From the human T2T-CHM13v2.0 reference genome, Homo sapiens, in the NCBI RefSeq assembly GCF_009914755.1, contig NC_060933.1: a stretch of 64,000 nucleotides of DNA. The stretch is one strand, 5' to 3'. Shown piece by piece: positions 14,313 through 31,500 of the stretch. The position numbers and the translations under genes were made by a program. Each line of letters begins with the position of its first letter. Position 1 is the first letter of the stretch. Under the pieces are notes generated by a model that searched no databases, was not told the DNA's origin, and saw only the letters and a list, made by a program, of their open reading frames with translations.

Positions 14313-14755
14313 TGTATTAGTCAGCGTTCTCTAGAGGGACAGAACTAATGGAATAGATACATATATATAAAGGGGAGTTTATAAAGTATTAACTCGCACG
14401 ATCACAAGGTCCCACAATAGGCTGCCTGCAAGCTGAGGAGCAAGGAGAGCCAGTCCAAGTCCCAAAACTGAAGAACTTGGAGTCGGATATTCGTGGGCAG
14501 GAAGCATCCAGCACAGGAGAAAGATGTAGGCTTGGAGGCCAAGCCAGTCTAGCCTTTTCAAGTTTTTCTGCCTGCTTTATATTCTAGCCATGCTGGCAGC
14601 TGATTAGATGGTGCCCACCCAGATTAAGGTCTGCCTTTCCCAGCCCACTGACTCAAATGTTCATCTCCTTGGGCAACATCCTCACAGACACACCCAGGAT
14701 CAATACTTTGCATCCTTCAATCCAATTAAGTTAACACTCAGTATTAACCGTCACA
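14313..14755 (-). mobile_element. MLT2A (ERVL) solo LTR
   Basis: TG...CA termini, perfect 5-bp TSD GAGGT (14308-14312 / 14756-14760), MLT2A-type internal sequence. Confidence 0.88.
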
Positions 14756-15880
14756 GAGGTCATGGAGTGCAAGGCTCAATGGCCAGCAACACACTGGTCA
14801 CTTCATCTAATAGGGAAATCCCGGCCATGGGAGGACTTCGCACAGACCCTGCTTCCCAAGGATTTTAACCCTGATTGAGTGCATTCCAACTCTAAGGGGC
14901 TACAGCCCATGTTACAGACAAATGACAGCTGATATGTAGTGTCAGGTGTCCCTGACTACAGCCATCCTTCAGTGGCACATCTTCCCCATCCCCTTGGCAA
15001 ACACTGTGCACCCTCCCACCTCCAAAGAGCTTCTCACTCTGATTCTCCTGCTGTGAACACCCTCCACTCCTCCACCTACCCAGATCTGGATAGTCCTTCC
15101 AGACCCAGAATAAATCCCACCTCCTTGGCGAGGCATTTTCTGATAACCCCAGCCCACCACTGATCTCTTACCACATAATTAACACCTTTTTAGAACATAG
15201 ATTTTTTTTCCCCGTTCAACTGAATTAAAAGTTCCTTTTAGGCAATCACCCTGCGCCTCTTTAACAACCTGCAATACCTTCCACAGAACAAGACGTGTAA
15301 TTGAGCTTTCAAAAAATACTTGTTGATCCATTCATTTCCCCCTTTCTTTTTCATAAATCCATGTAATTTTAATTAGAGGTGGGGGCAAGTGAAAGTGTTA
15401 AGGAGTTTATTTAGCTTTCTGTTTGGAAATGTGCTGGTAAAATTTGGCTATACAATATTTTATCTTAATAATGATCTCTCATGGCTGTCATTAAAGTTGA
15501 GTCTCTTACGGAAACCTTTCTGTAATTAGCTGTCAAGAGAAAGGACAGGAGAACACAGAATTCAAGGGCCTGCTAATAATGCTTTCCAACTACCAAACAG
15601 CCTTTAAAGATTTTGGGTGGGCTGTGGCATACATAGTTCATGGAAGGAACAATTACCAAGGAATTTACTAATAGAACAGAGTTCAAAATAAGCCTCCATG
15701 GAATTATGTTCTTAATCCCCAGCAGTATACAAATAGGCTCCAGGTCACCTTCTGGACCAGTTGCTGTTGATCAGGCACATCCCCCAGTGCCCTGCAGCTG
15801 CTCCCATTCCTCTGTCGTCTGTCGCATATGAAGTATTTAACACGGGCTCCTGCTCTAGGGAAGCTTTGGGAGAGGCTGGC

Positions 15881-16290
15881 TGATAGAGTTTGGATCTGGT
15901 CCCCACCCAAATCTCATGTTGAAATATAATCCCCATGTTGGAGGTGGGGCCTCGTAGGACCCCATACGATCATGGCAGCAGGTTTCTCATGAATGGTTTA
16001 GCACCACCCCCTTCATGCATCCCCACTGTGCTGTTCTGGCGATAGCAAGTGAATTCTCGTGAGATCTGGTCATTTAAAAGTGTAGGCGCCCTCCTTCTCT
16101 CTCTCTTGCTCCCGCTTCTGCCATGTGCCTACTCCCCACGTCACCTTCTGCTGTGAAGTCTCCCCAGAAGCTTAGCAGATCTCAACATCATGCTTTCTGT
16201 ACAGCCTGCAGAGCCAGTTAAACCTCTTTTGTTTATAAATTACCCAGTCTTGAGTATTTCTTCACAGCAATGCGAGAATGGGCTAATACA
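15881..16290 (+). mobile_element. MST (MaLR) solo LTR
   Basis: tgat...cccaaatctcatgttgaa...aaattacccagtc...ctaataca. Confidence 0.85.
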
Positions 16291-16330
16291 TCGGCTGAAC
16301 ACCCGTCCCACAATCCATGGCCTTACATCA

Positions 16331-18878
<2,548 letters not shown>

Positions 18879-20040
18879 TATCACATATCAAAATTCATGG
18901 TCTGATGCCACACACATGTAAGCCCACCTAGATTATGGTTTCCCTGAGAGTGGGACCATTCATCCAATTCATCTTGGATTCTCAGGGGCTCCGGCATTGG
19001 GCATCTGATAGAGTCTCACTTCATATGGATTGACTTGAAGGCTACAGAGCTCTGGAGACCCTGAGCAGAGGGCACCAGCTGTCTGAAAGGGAGAGGCAGG
19101 ACAGAACTGTTTGCTTATGTGAGCTGAGTCTTGAAGGACAAAGAGCATTATTTTAGGCCAAGATGAGAAGGAGAGAAGGGGCCCAGAGGGGAAGAGTTTG
19201 AGCTAAGCCCAAAAGTGCAACTGGTTTGGGAGAAAACAAGTTTCTCCATATGGTTGGAGTATCGGGGGGTAGGGGCACAGGAGATGAGGCTCCAGAAGTA
19301 AGATGAAGCCAAACTGAAAGTTTTTACACTCATAATAAGGAATTTGGATTGAATTCTGTAAGCAAGGCAAGCAAGCAGCAGAGAGCTTTTAATTAGGCAG
19401 ATGAGATGACAGACATGTATTTTAGAAAGATAAATAATTCACCACATTTACAGAAAAAGGTGAAAAATGCATATTTATCTTACTAGATGCTGAAAAAAAC
19501 CTGATATAATTCAGCAACCATTTCAGATTTCTAAAAAGCTAGGATCATAGGAAAATTTTCTTAACTTGTAAAAATGTATATAATAGTAAATGTTGTTGAT
19601 ATTTGAATACAGAAGAGCTCACTTTGTAGCCAGGAGCAACAAAGTAGCCTTCACCAATAGAATTGATAACTGCACTCAAAACCCCAGCCAAGGCAATAAG
19701 AGAAGGAAAGGAATAAACTTAGTATACACACAGTGAAAAATATCTCTCCAAGTGGAAAGATGAATATAGAAGAATATTCACTATTTTATAATTTGCGAGA
19801 AATTAGAAACTGTCTACCTGTCTAACAATAGGGAACTGTTGGAATAAATTTTAGTTCACCCATAATTTGATTGCCAAGTGAATGCCAAAAAAAGAGACAG
19901 AATTATAGGTACTAATATTGAAAGATCTCCAAAGCATATAAAGTTAGAAAAGCAAGTCACAGATCAATATATGTAGAATGTTTTGTGTTGTGTAAAAGAA
20001 AAGAAGAAAAGATGAAAGAAAGAAAAGAAAAAGACGTGTT

Positions 20041-20064
20041 TGTGTGTGTGTGTGTGTGTGTGTG
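20041..20064. repeat. (TG)12 microsatellite
   Basis: Direct read. Confidence 0.95.
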
Positions 20065-22924
20065 TTTTCACACACCCTGGAAATATAAGTAGCAGATCAT
20101 TTTTGGGGATTATCTCTGAGAAGAATAAAATTAGTAAGTGTCAGGAAGAGAACTGAGAGGAAACTTTCACTTTTCACCCCAAACATTTGTGTATTGTTTG
20201 AAACATTTCAGAGAGGCTGTATCATTTTTTTCTCTAATTTAATAAGAAAAGTATTTCCCAAAGCAATTTTCTGGCAAGATCAGTAGTTTATTGCAATCAT
20301 CAAGGCAAAAAAAAAAAAAAAAATGGTGAGGGCATGAATCAGAATAAAAGGAAGGGAAAAGAAGAAAAACTTGAAACCCTTTAGAGGTGGAAATGAGAGG
20401 TTGGTGACAACAGATGTAAGAGGCTTAGAAAAAGGAAGTGTTCAGTGATGACTTGGGGGGTCTCAGATTTGGGGAGAGGATGAACAGTGCAGTGACACAT
20501 GAACAAGAAACAGATGCCAGAGGGAAAAATTGTGAATTTATTTTGAGACATGCTACACTTAAAAGGCCTCCGAAATGGTAGATGGGCAGGTTGCACCACC
20601 AGTTAGCGACACAGACCTGGGTAGATGTTTCAGTAGCCTTGAGCCCATGACGCTTGTCTCAGCTTCCAACATCACTCCTAATTGTCTTCTAATTGCCTCT
20701 ACTTTCATTCTTACTTTTCCGATGGTTTCTCCACACAGAAGGTAGAATAATCTTTTGGAAAATTGCCAGTGGCTTCCCACCATACTTGCCAAAGTCCAGT
20801 GAGCTGTAGGTCTGACCTCACACCCCGTCTGGTTCCACACACTCCAGCCACGCAGGCGCACTCTGCTTCTGTCGCCTCCTGGAGATGGGCCCACACACTC
20901 ATGCACTGACACCTACACACACATGTCCCATCCACATGCCAGATAATCCCACCCATTATTTGGGCTCCATTTCAGTATCATCTGGGAGAAGCCATCCTTG
21001 ATTTCCATGTCACCACAACTAGTGCAGCCCCTGGTATTTTCTCTCCTCCGTCTCCCCAACTGGCACTGAAGGAGCAGGAAGCAAAAAATCCACCACTCTA
21101 TCCCCAATCCTAGCACAGGCCTAGCACAGAATAGGGGTTCAATAGATACCCGTTGAATAAAACAATTGATTTAAAAATTGATGAAGGAATACACTAGTGA
21201 ATGGGTGGATGGGGATGGCAAGACTGGAAAAAATCCAGAAACAAAAATGGGAAGACAAGAGGACTGCACAAGAACCAAAGGAGAAAACGCTTCAAGGCCG
21301 AGACTGGGAGTCCTCCAGGGAGAGGCTGTGAGCCAACAGCATCAGGGTCTGCGGGGAGGGAGGTCAGGCGGCAAAAGAATCGAAAAGGGGTTTAGATTTC
21401 ATACGAGGGGGCACCAATGAACCTTTTCCAGATCACTATCCACAGACTGGGAGAAGCCGATCACTGCATGTTGATGTGAATAAGAAGAGAGGAAGTGAAG
21501 TGGGAAGGAAAGGATGCGCAAGGGAAGAGAGAGGGCTTCAAGTGGAGGCAGGATGCAGGAAAGGCTGATTTAGCGGGGAACAGACCTCAGGAGTGTGTCT
21601 CTCTCCCTGTATATGTAATTATAAGACAGGCGAAGGTAATAAGTACTAAAAACGCAGCACCTTCTAATGACTGTATTACACTTTGCTGTTGTCTGCACCT
21701 TGAGGTTGAATCCACTGTACTGTGTGGTGTAGACTCTACCAGCTGAGCTACTGCACTCCTCTTCCCGTCTCCCAGTGGCAGCAGGGCAGTGGCTCTTCAC
21801 AGCACGAAAGCTGGCAAAACTTCAAATCATGACTTTTTTGTCCTGAGAGCCAGATGTTAACCATTGGCCAGCACACCCCTGCCCTGGGGGTCCAGCAGGA
21901 GGGAGGGAGGGAGGGCAATGAGGGTGACAGGGGTTGTGGTCAACACCCGGACATCAGAATTCTCCCCTCTGGCTGTTATTTGTGAGTCTTATTTTCTCCT
22001 CTCACCTGAGTTAATAAGCCATTCTGCAAATGAGGTTCTCATCTATTACAGGAGTTGCTACTTCCAGTGAAAAAAGTCACAGCTCAGTTCTCTAGATAGT
22101 GCAGCCATCACCTTCTTACAAATAACAATCCTTTAAAAAGCAGTTTCTCTATCCCAGAGACCAGAGGAGACCCTGGAGAACTCAGCCCAAGGAAGGGGAG
22201 AGGCGGGCTGACCAAGCAAGGGGTACCATGATCCCATCAGTCATATGGATGTGGAAAGTCAGAGGATGAAAGGAGGCTTCTCAGCATGTGGGAAGCAGGA
22301 GGGAATCAGGGGCACCTGCCAGGTCCCAGGCCCTCCCAGCTCACCCACCTGACCGTGACCTTCTGTTCTCAGCCCAACTTCCCAAAAGAGGCATCACCCT
22401 GCCTAGTTCCATTTTCTGAGAGTACTTACTTGCTATTTGTTCTTTAATTTGGTCAAACCCAAATAGAAACATGCACGAGTATACTTTTTAGAACTTCCAT
22501 GACAGCAAATCTTAAATTGAGAAAATCACATCTATAAATTATTATTATGCTATTATTGTTTGCAAATTAGGGGGAAAAACCCCATGGCTTTTCCATTTTA
22601 CTGGTGAAACACCTTGATACAGAAGCGTGTTTCCCCTCCTGGGTGCCTCTGCCTCTGGCTGTGACTCAAAAGCATCAATGTAAGGTGGCTACATGCCCTG
22701 CTGCTGGGCTTGCCCCCACCTCGAGGGACCATATCAGGTGTGATTCCAGGGGCAGGCGGCCACCCGGGCCCCCACACCCTGAGCCAGCTTGCGAACCACA
22801 GCCATGGGCCCTTGCCACTTAGCCCCATAAAGACCTACCTACAGCTCTCCCTGTGGGCAGAGTCACAGTTTATCCATCTTGTAGCTCAGACCCCTACTCT
22901 AGCATCCATCTATAGTAAACCCTA

Positions 22925-23255
<331 letters not shown>

Positions 23256-23431
23256 GTTTCTCTATTTGATGCCCACAGGAATAATAATAACATCTGAGAC
23301 TCTTTCAGGCAAGTTTATTTGATCATTCCTTATCCCATATTTCCATATTGTTAAGAAATAGAAATCCCTACAAGTGGTTCAGGTCAGCTAGTGGCCACTC
23401 TAGAAAATACTTCTAGAGTTTATGTATATTT

Positions 23432-23924
23432 TGGGGGTGAACTGTATATGTCCACTTGACTGAGCCATGAGATGCCCAGATATTTGGTTAAACATTATTC
23501 TGGTGTGTCTGTGAGAGTTTTTTCCTTTTTGATAAAATTAACATTTGAATCAGTAATAAACTGAATAAACAGATGGCCTTCCCCAATTTGTGTGGCCCTT
23601 GTCCAATCAGTTGAGGGCCTGAATAAAACAAAAAGCCTGACCCCTCCCCTGGATAGGAGAGAATTCCTCTTGTTGGGCTGTCTTCAAGCTGGGACACTAT
23701 TTTTTCCCACCTTCAGATCAGACTGAAACATTGGCTTTTCCTGGGTCTCAAGCAGGACAGCATCAGAACTGGAACTGACACCATAAGCTTTCCTGGGTCT
23801 GGCCCACCCTGCAGATCTTGGGACTTGCCTGCCTCCAAAATTATGCAAGCCAATTCCTTATAATAAATCTCTTTTTTAATAAGCAACTCTTGGTTCTGTT
23901 TCTCTGAAGAACCCTGACTAATAC
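23432..23924 (+). mobile_element. MLT2B/D-like (ERVL) LTR
   Basis: cttgactgagccat...atgcccagatatttggttaaacattattctgg...gaaccctgactaatac. Confidence 0.78.
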
Positions 23925-25143
23925 TATTAAAAACAACTTGGGAGAACACCCATTTCCAGAAGGCTCCTCTGATGCTGGAAGAGGCCCTGCCGGACACTGA
24001 GCAGAGGAGGTTGAGAGGTGTGACTCCCACCTCCCCACCTGAGGACTAGGAGGCCTGCCCCTCCTCACAGCTCTCAGTGCTTCTCAGGGACCACAGAGTC
24101 AAATCCAGGACGTCTGAGCACATAACGGGACCCTGAACCACTTGGCCATATTTGGTATCACTGTTAAGCCCAAGGCTGCAACTTATTAGTCAAGAACATG
24201 GTGTGCTCTCCAAGCACTGAGGCGGAGGCACCACCCAGACCTGCACAATTCTAGAGCTCCACTAACACATTTGTAAGTTCATTCCTGAAGGACAGTCACC
24301 ACGTGCCAACTTGAGGCCCTCATTCCCACTGCGTGAGGAGGGCCTTCATGTCTAGAAGGAATTTGGACATCCAGGCCACTGCTTGACCCACACCAGGGCA
24401 AAGGCAGGCCCACACAAGTCCACAGAAGAGCAACAGGCAAAACCCGAAAGTCTGGAAACCACTCCTAAATAGTGCAAGGCGGGGGTGGGGTGCAGATGGC
24501 ACTGAGCTGATGGCTGTTGAAGTTGGGTGGCGGGCCATTTGTCCCTGGGGCCTCATTTTACCATTCTCTCTATTTTGTTGTGTTTATATGTTTCCTATGA
24601 TGATGTATGTTTTAAAATCCTCATAATAAATGTTTAAATTTCATAAAAGGGTGGTTTACAAGGCATGTTACAAGGTTGGCAGGTGACCTTGCAAGACAGG
24701 CAGGGCTGCAAGCGGAGGAGGTGGAGATCAGTGTGAGGCGGGTTAGGCTCCCTCACCCCTCCTGCCAGGTCAGGGATGGGCAGGACAAATGGGCTCAAGG
24801 CTCTCTTTCTCCTGCTGCCAGTTTTTAGGGGCCTTTCCTGCTGAGTGGGTTGTGGAGGCCTTTTCCTTGGGAAGATCCGAGGCGTCCAAACCAAGACTCA
24901 AGAGGGAGAGGCAGCAAGGAGGGATGCGCTAAATCCTGGGTGGTGAGGGGCTCCTGTTTGGGATTCGACATGGTACAGCACAGGGGCACATCCAGGAACT
25001 AAACAATGTGCCTGGCATGGGCCAACCTGTATTTTTGCCAGCCTGAAGCATAGCTCATGCAGTCAAAATCAGCAGGGAGGGCCCACCATGGCCAGAAGAG
25101 ACACCTGCACTACTCACTTTAATCCTAGAAAGATGCATATGTC

Positions 25144-25762
<619 letters not shown>

Positions 25763-27289
25763 TACACAAACCCCTCATAATTCACTTACATTTTGTCCAT
25801 CTTCCGGAGGGACAATAAGTCATTGTGAAGGGCTGTGTCTTCCAGGCAAAGAACACTCAAAACAACTAGGTTTTCATCATTTTATCTTAAGAAATAAAAG
25901 CCATCTGTGACTCCTGCTTTGGTAAACTGTAAGAGGCCCAGAGTATACAGTACCTCTGCTAAATACCACCTTAGGGGTAAATTCCTTGTCAACAGAGCTA
26001 GAACCATATTTTGATTTTTTTTTTTTGAAAAAAACAGAAAGTTTCTATTTGGGCAGGTGGCAGTGGAAATTTTTAATGTTTGCAAAGCAAAAAGCACTAT
26101 TGTCAGTAGATTGCCAAACAATTATATTTAATGGAATTTGATAAAATGAAGTTTGTCAGAATGACCTCAGAGTAGAGAGCACTTCTGATGTGAGGCTGGG
26201 TGAAGGCCAAGTTCCAGAGTTTGAAGGGTTCATACGAGTTTAAATTCTTGAAATTTGGAATGGACTGTTTGCTTCTTTTTCTGCCTATTCAATAGACGAA
26301 AGTGAGCAAAGCCTCTTTTGAGGGGTTCTCCACTTCGGGGAAACCATGCATTTCAGATGATATCCAAGGATGGCTTCAAGTCTGAAGTAAGCAGCATTAT
26401 AACAATGAGCTCTTTGAACATTTTTCTTCTTGGTTTTGAGGAGCTTCAGATATCCAGACAGCTGCTGAGGCATCAGGCACCTGGAAGCTCCAATGGACAG
26501 GGTAAGGCACCTGCTCAAGCTGTCTCCTCGATTTCCCTTTTCTGCAGCTTCTTCCAGCATCTAGGCTTCACTGCAGATCCTCACAGGCACCTGGGCTCAT
26601 GGCTAGAAACCCAAATCTTCACTAGATGGCAGTGGTATCTGCCAGACCAGCTGAGGTGCAGAGCAAGGCATGTCTGAGCCCAGAATCCATAGATCATAGA
26701 ATCCATGGATCTAACTAAACTGCTGCCACCTGCCTCAAAAAGAAACCCGCCAGAGGTGCCATCCAGAGCTGAGAAGATGCTCGCCAGCCAAGAAGAGCAG
26801 TGCCTCTTCCAGTCATGTCAGGTGGTACAGGAGGGCTGAGGTATATCCGGCACCTTCTCACCAACTCTCCTCACAAAGACAAAGAAGATCAGCATGGCCT
26901 GTAACCATGGAAACATGGCCTTTGGCCCCTGGTATCTCACTGGGGTTCAAATGGTCCAAATAGGGATGCCTAATCCCTCTGACCCCAGTGTAACTGGTGC
27001 CACTCTGCTTATTTATAACCGTGACTGCTCTGCAACTCTGACGTGGCCACTCAGGGAAAATTCACCAATTCTAGCACTGGGAGACATGGATTAATTACTC
27101 CCAGTGGACCCTCAGTGGATCCTTGTCACACTGTTGTTGTTTTGGTTGGGAGGGGAGAGGCAAAATCACAGTGGGGTCAAAATGTTTTGTTTTGTTTTTT
27201 AACTCAACAGAAAATGAGTAATTATGAACTTGTAAGACCAAAACCAACTTGTAAGGCATATTGTGCAGCTGCACATCCCCACACCCCAT

Positions 27290-27386
27290 CACACACACAC
27301 AGACACAGACACACACACACACGAAGACACAGACACACACAGACACACACACACAGACACACACACACACAGACACACACACACAC
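27290..27386. repeat. Compound (CA)n/(CAGA) microsatellite; UG-rich on the SHC3 sense strand
   Basis: Direct read. Confidence 0.95.
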
Positions 27387-28423
27387 GATGGTCAACATCC
27401 ACCCACTCAGTAGGCTGTTCCTATGCTCACTGCCTCCCACCTTAAAGATATTATTTTTCCACCACATACTATAGAACTCTTATGATAAATTGCAAAATTG
27501 TTTTCTTGTCCTTTACCCAGGAAACACACATAACTGGTCATTTCTTTCCATTGCATCTGAAACCATTTTATTTATGAATTAAATAATTCACTAACTCTAC
27601 TGCCCTTGGGTATTTTCATTGAACATGCTGGCTCTTCCTTGTTGCTTTCCTCTGAGCCCCACCATGGACTTGGATCCTTGTACTGCAGGGTCTGGCCCTG
27701 GCCCCAGTGATCCAGCAGGTGTCCATCAGGTGAGCACACTCCTGATACTGCAGTGTGCTTCCCTGGGCCCGTCTCTTCCAATTACATTAGATGCTGGTGC
27801 AAAAAACAATACAGATGCCACCATTTCTGCCTCGGCCAGGCCTCCAACCCATAGAGACCAACCCCAGCACAACCCTGCCTTCAACTTGCTGCAGCCAGGG
27901 ACAGCCAGGTCCAGAGAGGTGAGCTGACTGCTCTAGCCCCACACTAAGCTGGCGGTGGAGCTGCAGCCCAGGTGTCCTGCCTTTCACCAGTCCAGGACCT
28001 TCACCAGGCCAGGTGTCTGCTCTAATGTCCCCTACCCTAAGCCAGGCACTGCAGGCCAGCAGCACCGGCACATCCTGCAGGGCCAGCCTGTTGGCTGGAA
28101 AGCCAGTCTTGCAAGTGGGTTCACGTGTTTGCTGCCCAGGCTTTCTGTTCCCAGGACTCTGCTTTAATGATAGTAATCATATATTCCTCAAAACTATGAC
28201 ATATACTCAAAGGTAAGACACCGTGCGGAGGCAGAGAAGCAGCCATCTGTTCTTTATAGGATGGAAGTTTTGTCGTAGCTTATCTTTTTCTTAAACATGA
28301 ATATAAAAGAAATGACTGAGATAATTGGGTATTTCTAGAAATATGACATTTCCTATTTTCTAACAAGAAAGAAAACAGCCCCCATCCAAAGTCATCACAA
28401 GTCATCTACCTGTGGGCTGTGGG

Positions 28424-28548
28424 GTGTGTGTGTTGTGTGTGTGCAGTGTCTGTATGGTTGTGTGTGGGTGCATGGTGTGTATGTGCATATGTGTGTGTAT
28501 ATGTGAGGTGTGTGTGTGGTTTGTGTATATGTGTGTGGTGTGTGTGTG
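28424..28548. repeat. Degenerate (TG)n tract
   Basis: Direct read. Confidence 0.9.
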
Positions 28549-31500
28549 CCTTTAACACATCTATGTTTGTGTCACATAAAAAGAGACAACTCACTATCCA
28601 GATCAAATTAATAACTTTATATATTAATGTCAAAAGAAATTCTTAAACTATTTTTCAAACCATTTAGATATTTACGTGTAAGCCATCCATATCATAAGAT
28701 TTCGAAAGAATTTTGAGAAAAAAATCAACTTTTTAAAGTTCAACTCCACATCAAAATCAATTTTTCAGTCTAGAGGTAAAATAAAATTCTACAATATTAT
28801 AGTAGAATTGATATAGTTATTTTAATATAGTTAAAATAACTTTTGTATGATCTTTGCTCACAGTTACCAAAAGAATACAGCTCTGAGAAAATGAAAATTT
28901 AAGATATTTTTATACACTTTGTCAAGTGAAAAAAATTAAGAATAAATTTTTGAGTAAATGTAATTTACGAAGACCACCTATAAAAGGCAGTAGAGCATTT
29001 ACAAATAAAGCAAATGATTTATACCACCCCAAATATCATTAGATGCACAAATGGGAGTAATAAAATAATTTTTAAAGAGTCCTTGTAAAAACAGAGCTTT
29101 GTTCCAAAAGGGAAGCATATCAGGAAGGGTCCAGTGTATCAGGAAATAATGCAGTACTTTTCTGATCGTTAAATCTCCTATAAATAGCTCGCCATTTTCA
29201 CTGTCAGTAAATATACAACACTCCACAAGCTGAAACCTATGTAACTTCGCTGGAGCCTTCACAGGTGTTTATGAATGGCGTAATCTGCTGGCTCACTGAA
29301 TGCTGACGCTGTTGGAATAGCTCTGAGCAGTGGGCACCTAAAACCATTGCTTTTACATTGGGCCTCCTGATTCTTGCCCTTGGCACTTGGGTCATTTCTA
29401 AATATGGTCACTTCTTATCCTTTTGAAGTCTGTGCTGTGATGTGCTCTAAGAAGGAGCCCGTCTTTTGGGGACCACGCTGGGGCCAAAGGCAAACCCGGT
29501 GCAGCCCACACAGCATTGCTTCCTGCTCCAGCCTCGCCCCTCCAGCAGGCAGTTTCAGAGCTGAATGTCAAGGCTGTGCTTGTCTTCAGATGGCCCACTG
29601 GCTCTTTAAAAACTGAACCCCTGCCTCCTGTCCCCTGCACTGTTCATATTCCTTCCTACAGTTTCCCCACCGTGGATCTGAGGACAGAGAAGGTGGAGGA
29701 CCAGGATATTGCCTTTTGAACCTGCTAAAGACCAGCAGCCTCCTTGAGTGATTGGGGTCCTACCCAGGCTTGACTTTAGGATAAGATAATTTAAAGGTGG
29801 GCAGCACCGTAATCAATACTCATTGGTATTTCTTTTAGGTCCAAATATCAAATACTTTTAAAATGGAAATTTAATGAAAATAGTCATTGTTCTTTGCTGT
29901 TGGATTTTTCTTTTCTATCAAGAGCATAGTTCCTTGTTCTTTCTTTTACGTCACCAAAAGAAAAAAGGAAATGTCAAGATACTTAGGGGAGTAAAAAGGT
30001 GCTGCCAATGAGGCCCAGCTGAAAAGAATATAAACCTCTAGGCAGAGTAAGCTGCAGCCTTTCTGTGTGCATAGCCCCATTCTGTTATTTAGCAGCAAAC
30101 TCAATGATGGACCAATTAGACATGCTTTGAGCTTTGAATTCTACTGTTGCTCAGGAACTTCTTCCATGTTTAAATTTTAAGTCCTTCATTAATTCACATT
30201 CTAAGCTGTTGCTCAAATAGTTTAATGTTTCCTAGATGATCAAAATTCACCAGACTTCTGTATTTTACAGTCCCTGTTCTCAGATTAAGTTGAAATATTT
30301 TTGAATTATAATTCATATGTGCAATATCCTAATATCACCTGTAAGTAGGTATTTCTTTGAGGGGGAAAATCTATAATACAGTATATAAATTTTCCAGGAA
30401 ACTAGAAAACATTTGGGGGCTTTATTTTTAATTTAGAAAAAAATTATATCAAAGAGAATAATGCATCCTTTCCCAAACCCTAAACCTTTATATTTTACTA
30501 TTGGTATCTAGTCATATGATAAAGATGGCCCATTTCTATCTACCAGAAATCTTTTAAAGTAAGGATACCGGTAGAACTATTCAAAAATTCTAAATAACGC
30601 CAAATTAAGATTGTTTTCAGTTTAACAATTTTTCAATAAAATAAGTTCGAGGTTTTAAACTCAACATGGGCAATGCGGGAATTTGCACATGTGCGCCAAC
30701 AGAGGGCCATGTGATAATTTGAATCAAACATGCACACACACTTTAGCATCTGGTTTTCTTTCTGCGTGATTTCAAACTTCTCCAGGACAGCAGAGGACAA
30801 TGCCTGCGTTTATGTTCACATCACAGCACCATTCATGGCTGCTAATGAACAAGGAACCAAAACATGGATGGTACAGAGCCCTAATTAGTCATGCCATGCA
30901 CCCCTCAACCCATCACTGCAACCCCTTAAATTTGAGGCAACACAAAGTAACCCCAAGACACAGACAAGCTCTGTGCAGATCCAGCCCTTTGACTATGAAT
31001 ACTACTGCTGATGCTGCCAGTAAGTCACAAACCTTACAGCAACAGATTGTCGACGCAGAGCCGTCTTATTTTCGTACATTCATCATTATTTTGCCACATT
31101 TGACCTTTCAAACTTGATGCTGGCCTTCCTTCTTTAAAAAGCAAAAGCAAAGTTCTAAGCAAAGTGATTAAAACAAAAATTTAAAGCCATAAGTTTGAGA
31201 ATTCTCCCTCAATTTGAAAACTACTCTGTTTAATATGACAGGTAGAAAAAGCTTTGCCAAGGTCTATTTGTCTATTTGAAATGTAGGCTTTTTAAAACAG
31301 CAATTATGCTAACACCCCAGAAGTAAACACAACCTCAAAGCTGTCAGGGATTTTTGGTTTGGTTTGTTTTTTTCTTTTTGTTTTGGCCCCTGGTTATATA
31401 ATTTAAATAAGCAAAACAAGAAGAATATTCAGTACCTCTTAAAATAAACTCAACCAAATATGCATATATTATGCTCATCTATACCCCTTTGGTAAAATAT

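Noticed and set aside
26010-26900. Possible processed pseudogene or intronic terminal exon on the minus strand (91-aa ORF, ATTAAA ~45 nt before an A-tract)
   Set aside because: No frame resembles a protein I recognise, stops occur in the alternative frames and I found no TSD; BLASTX/BLAT would settle it.
27043-27474. His/Thr- and Val/Cys-repeat ORFs (also 28406-28646 and 60013-60225)
   Set aside because: Translations of CA/TG microsatellites.
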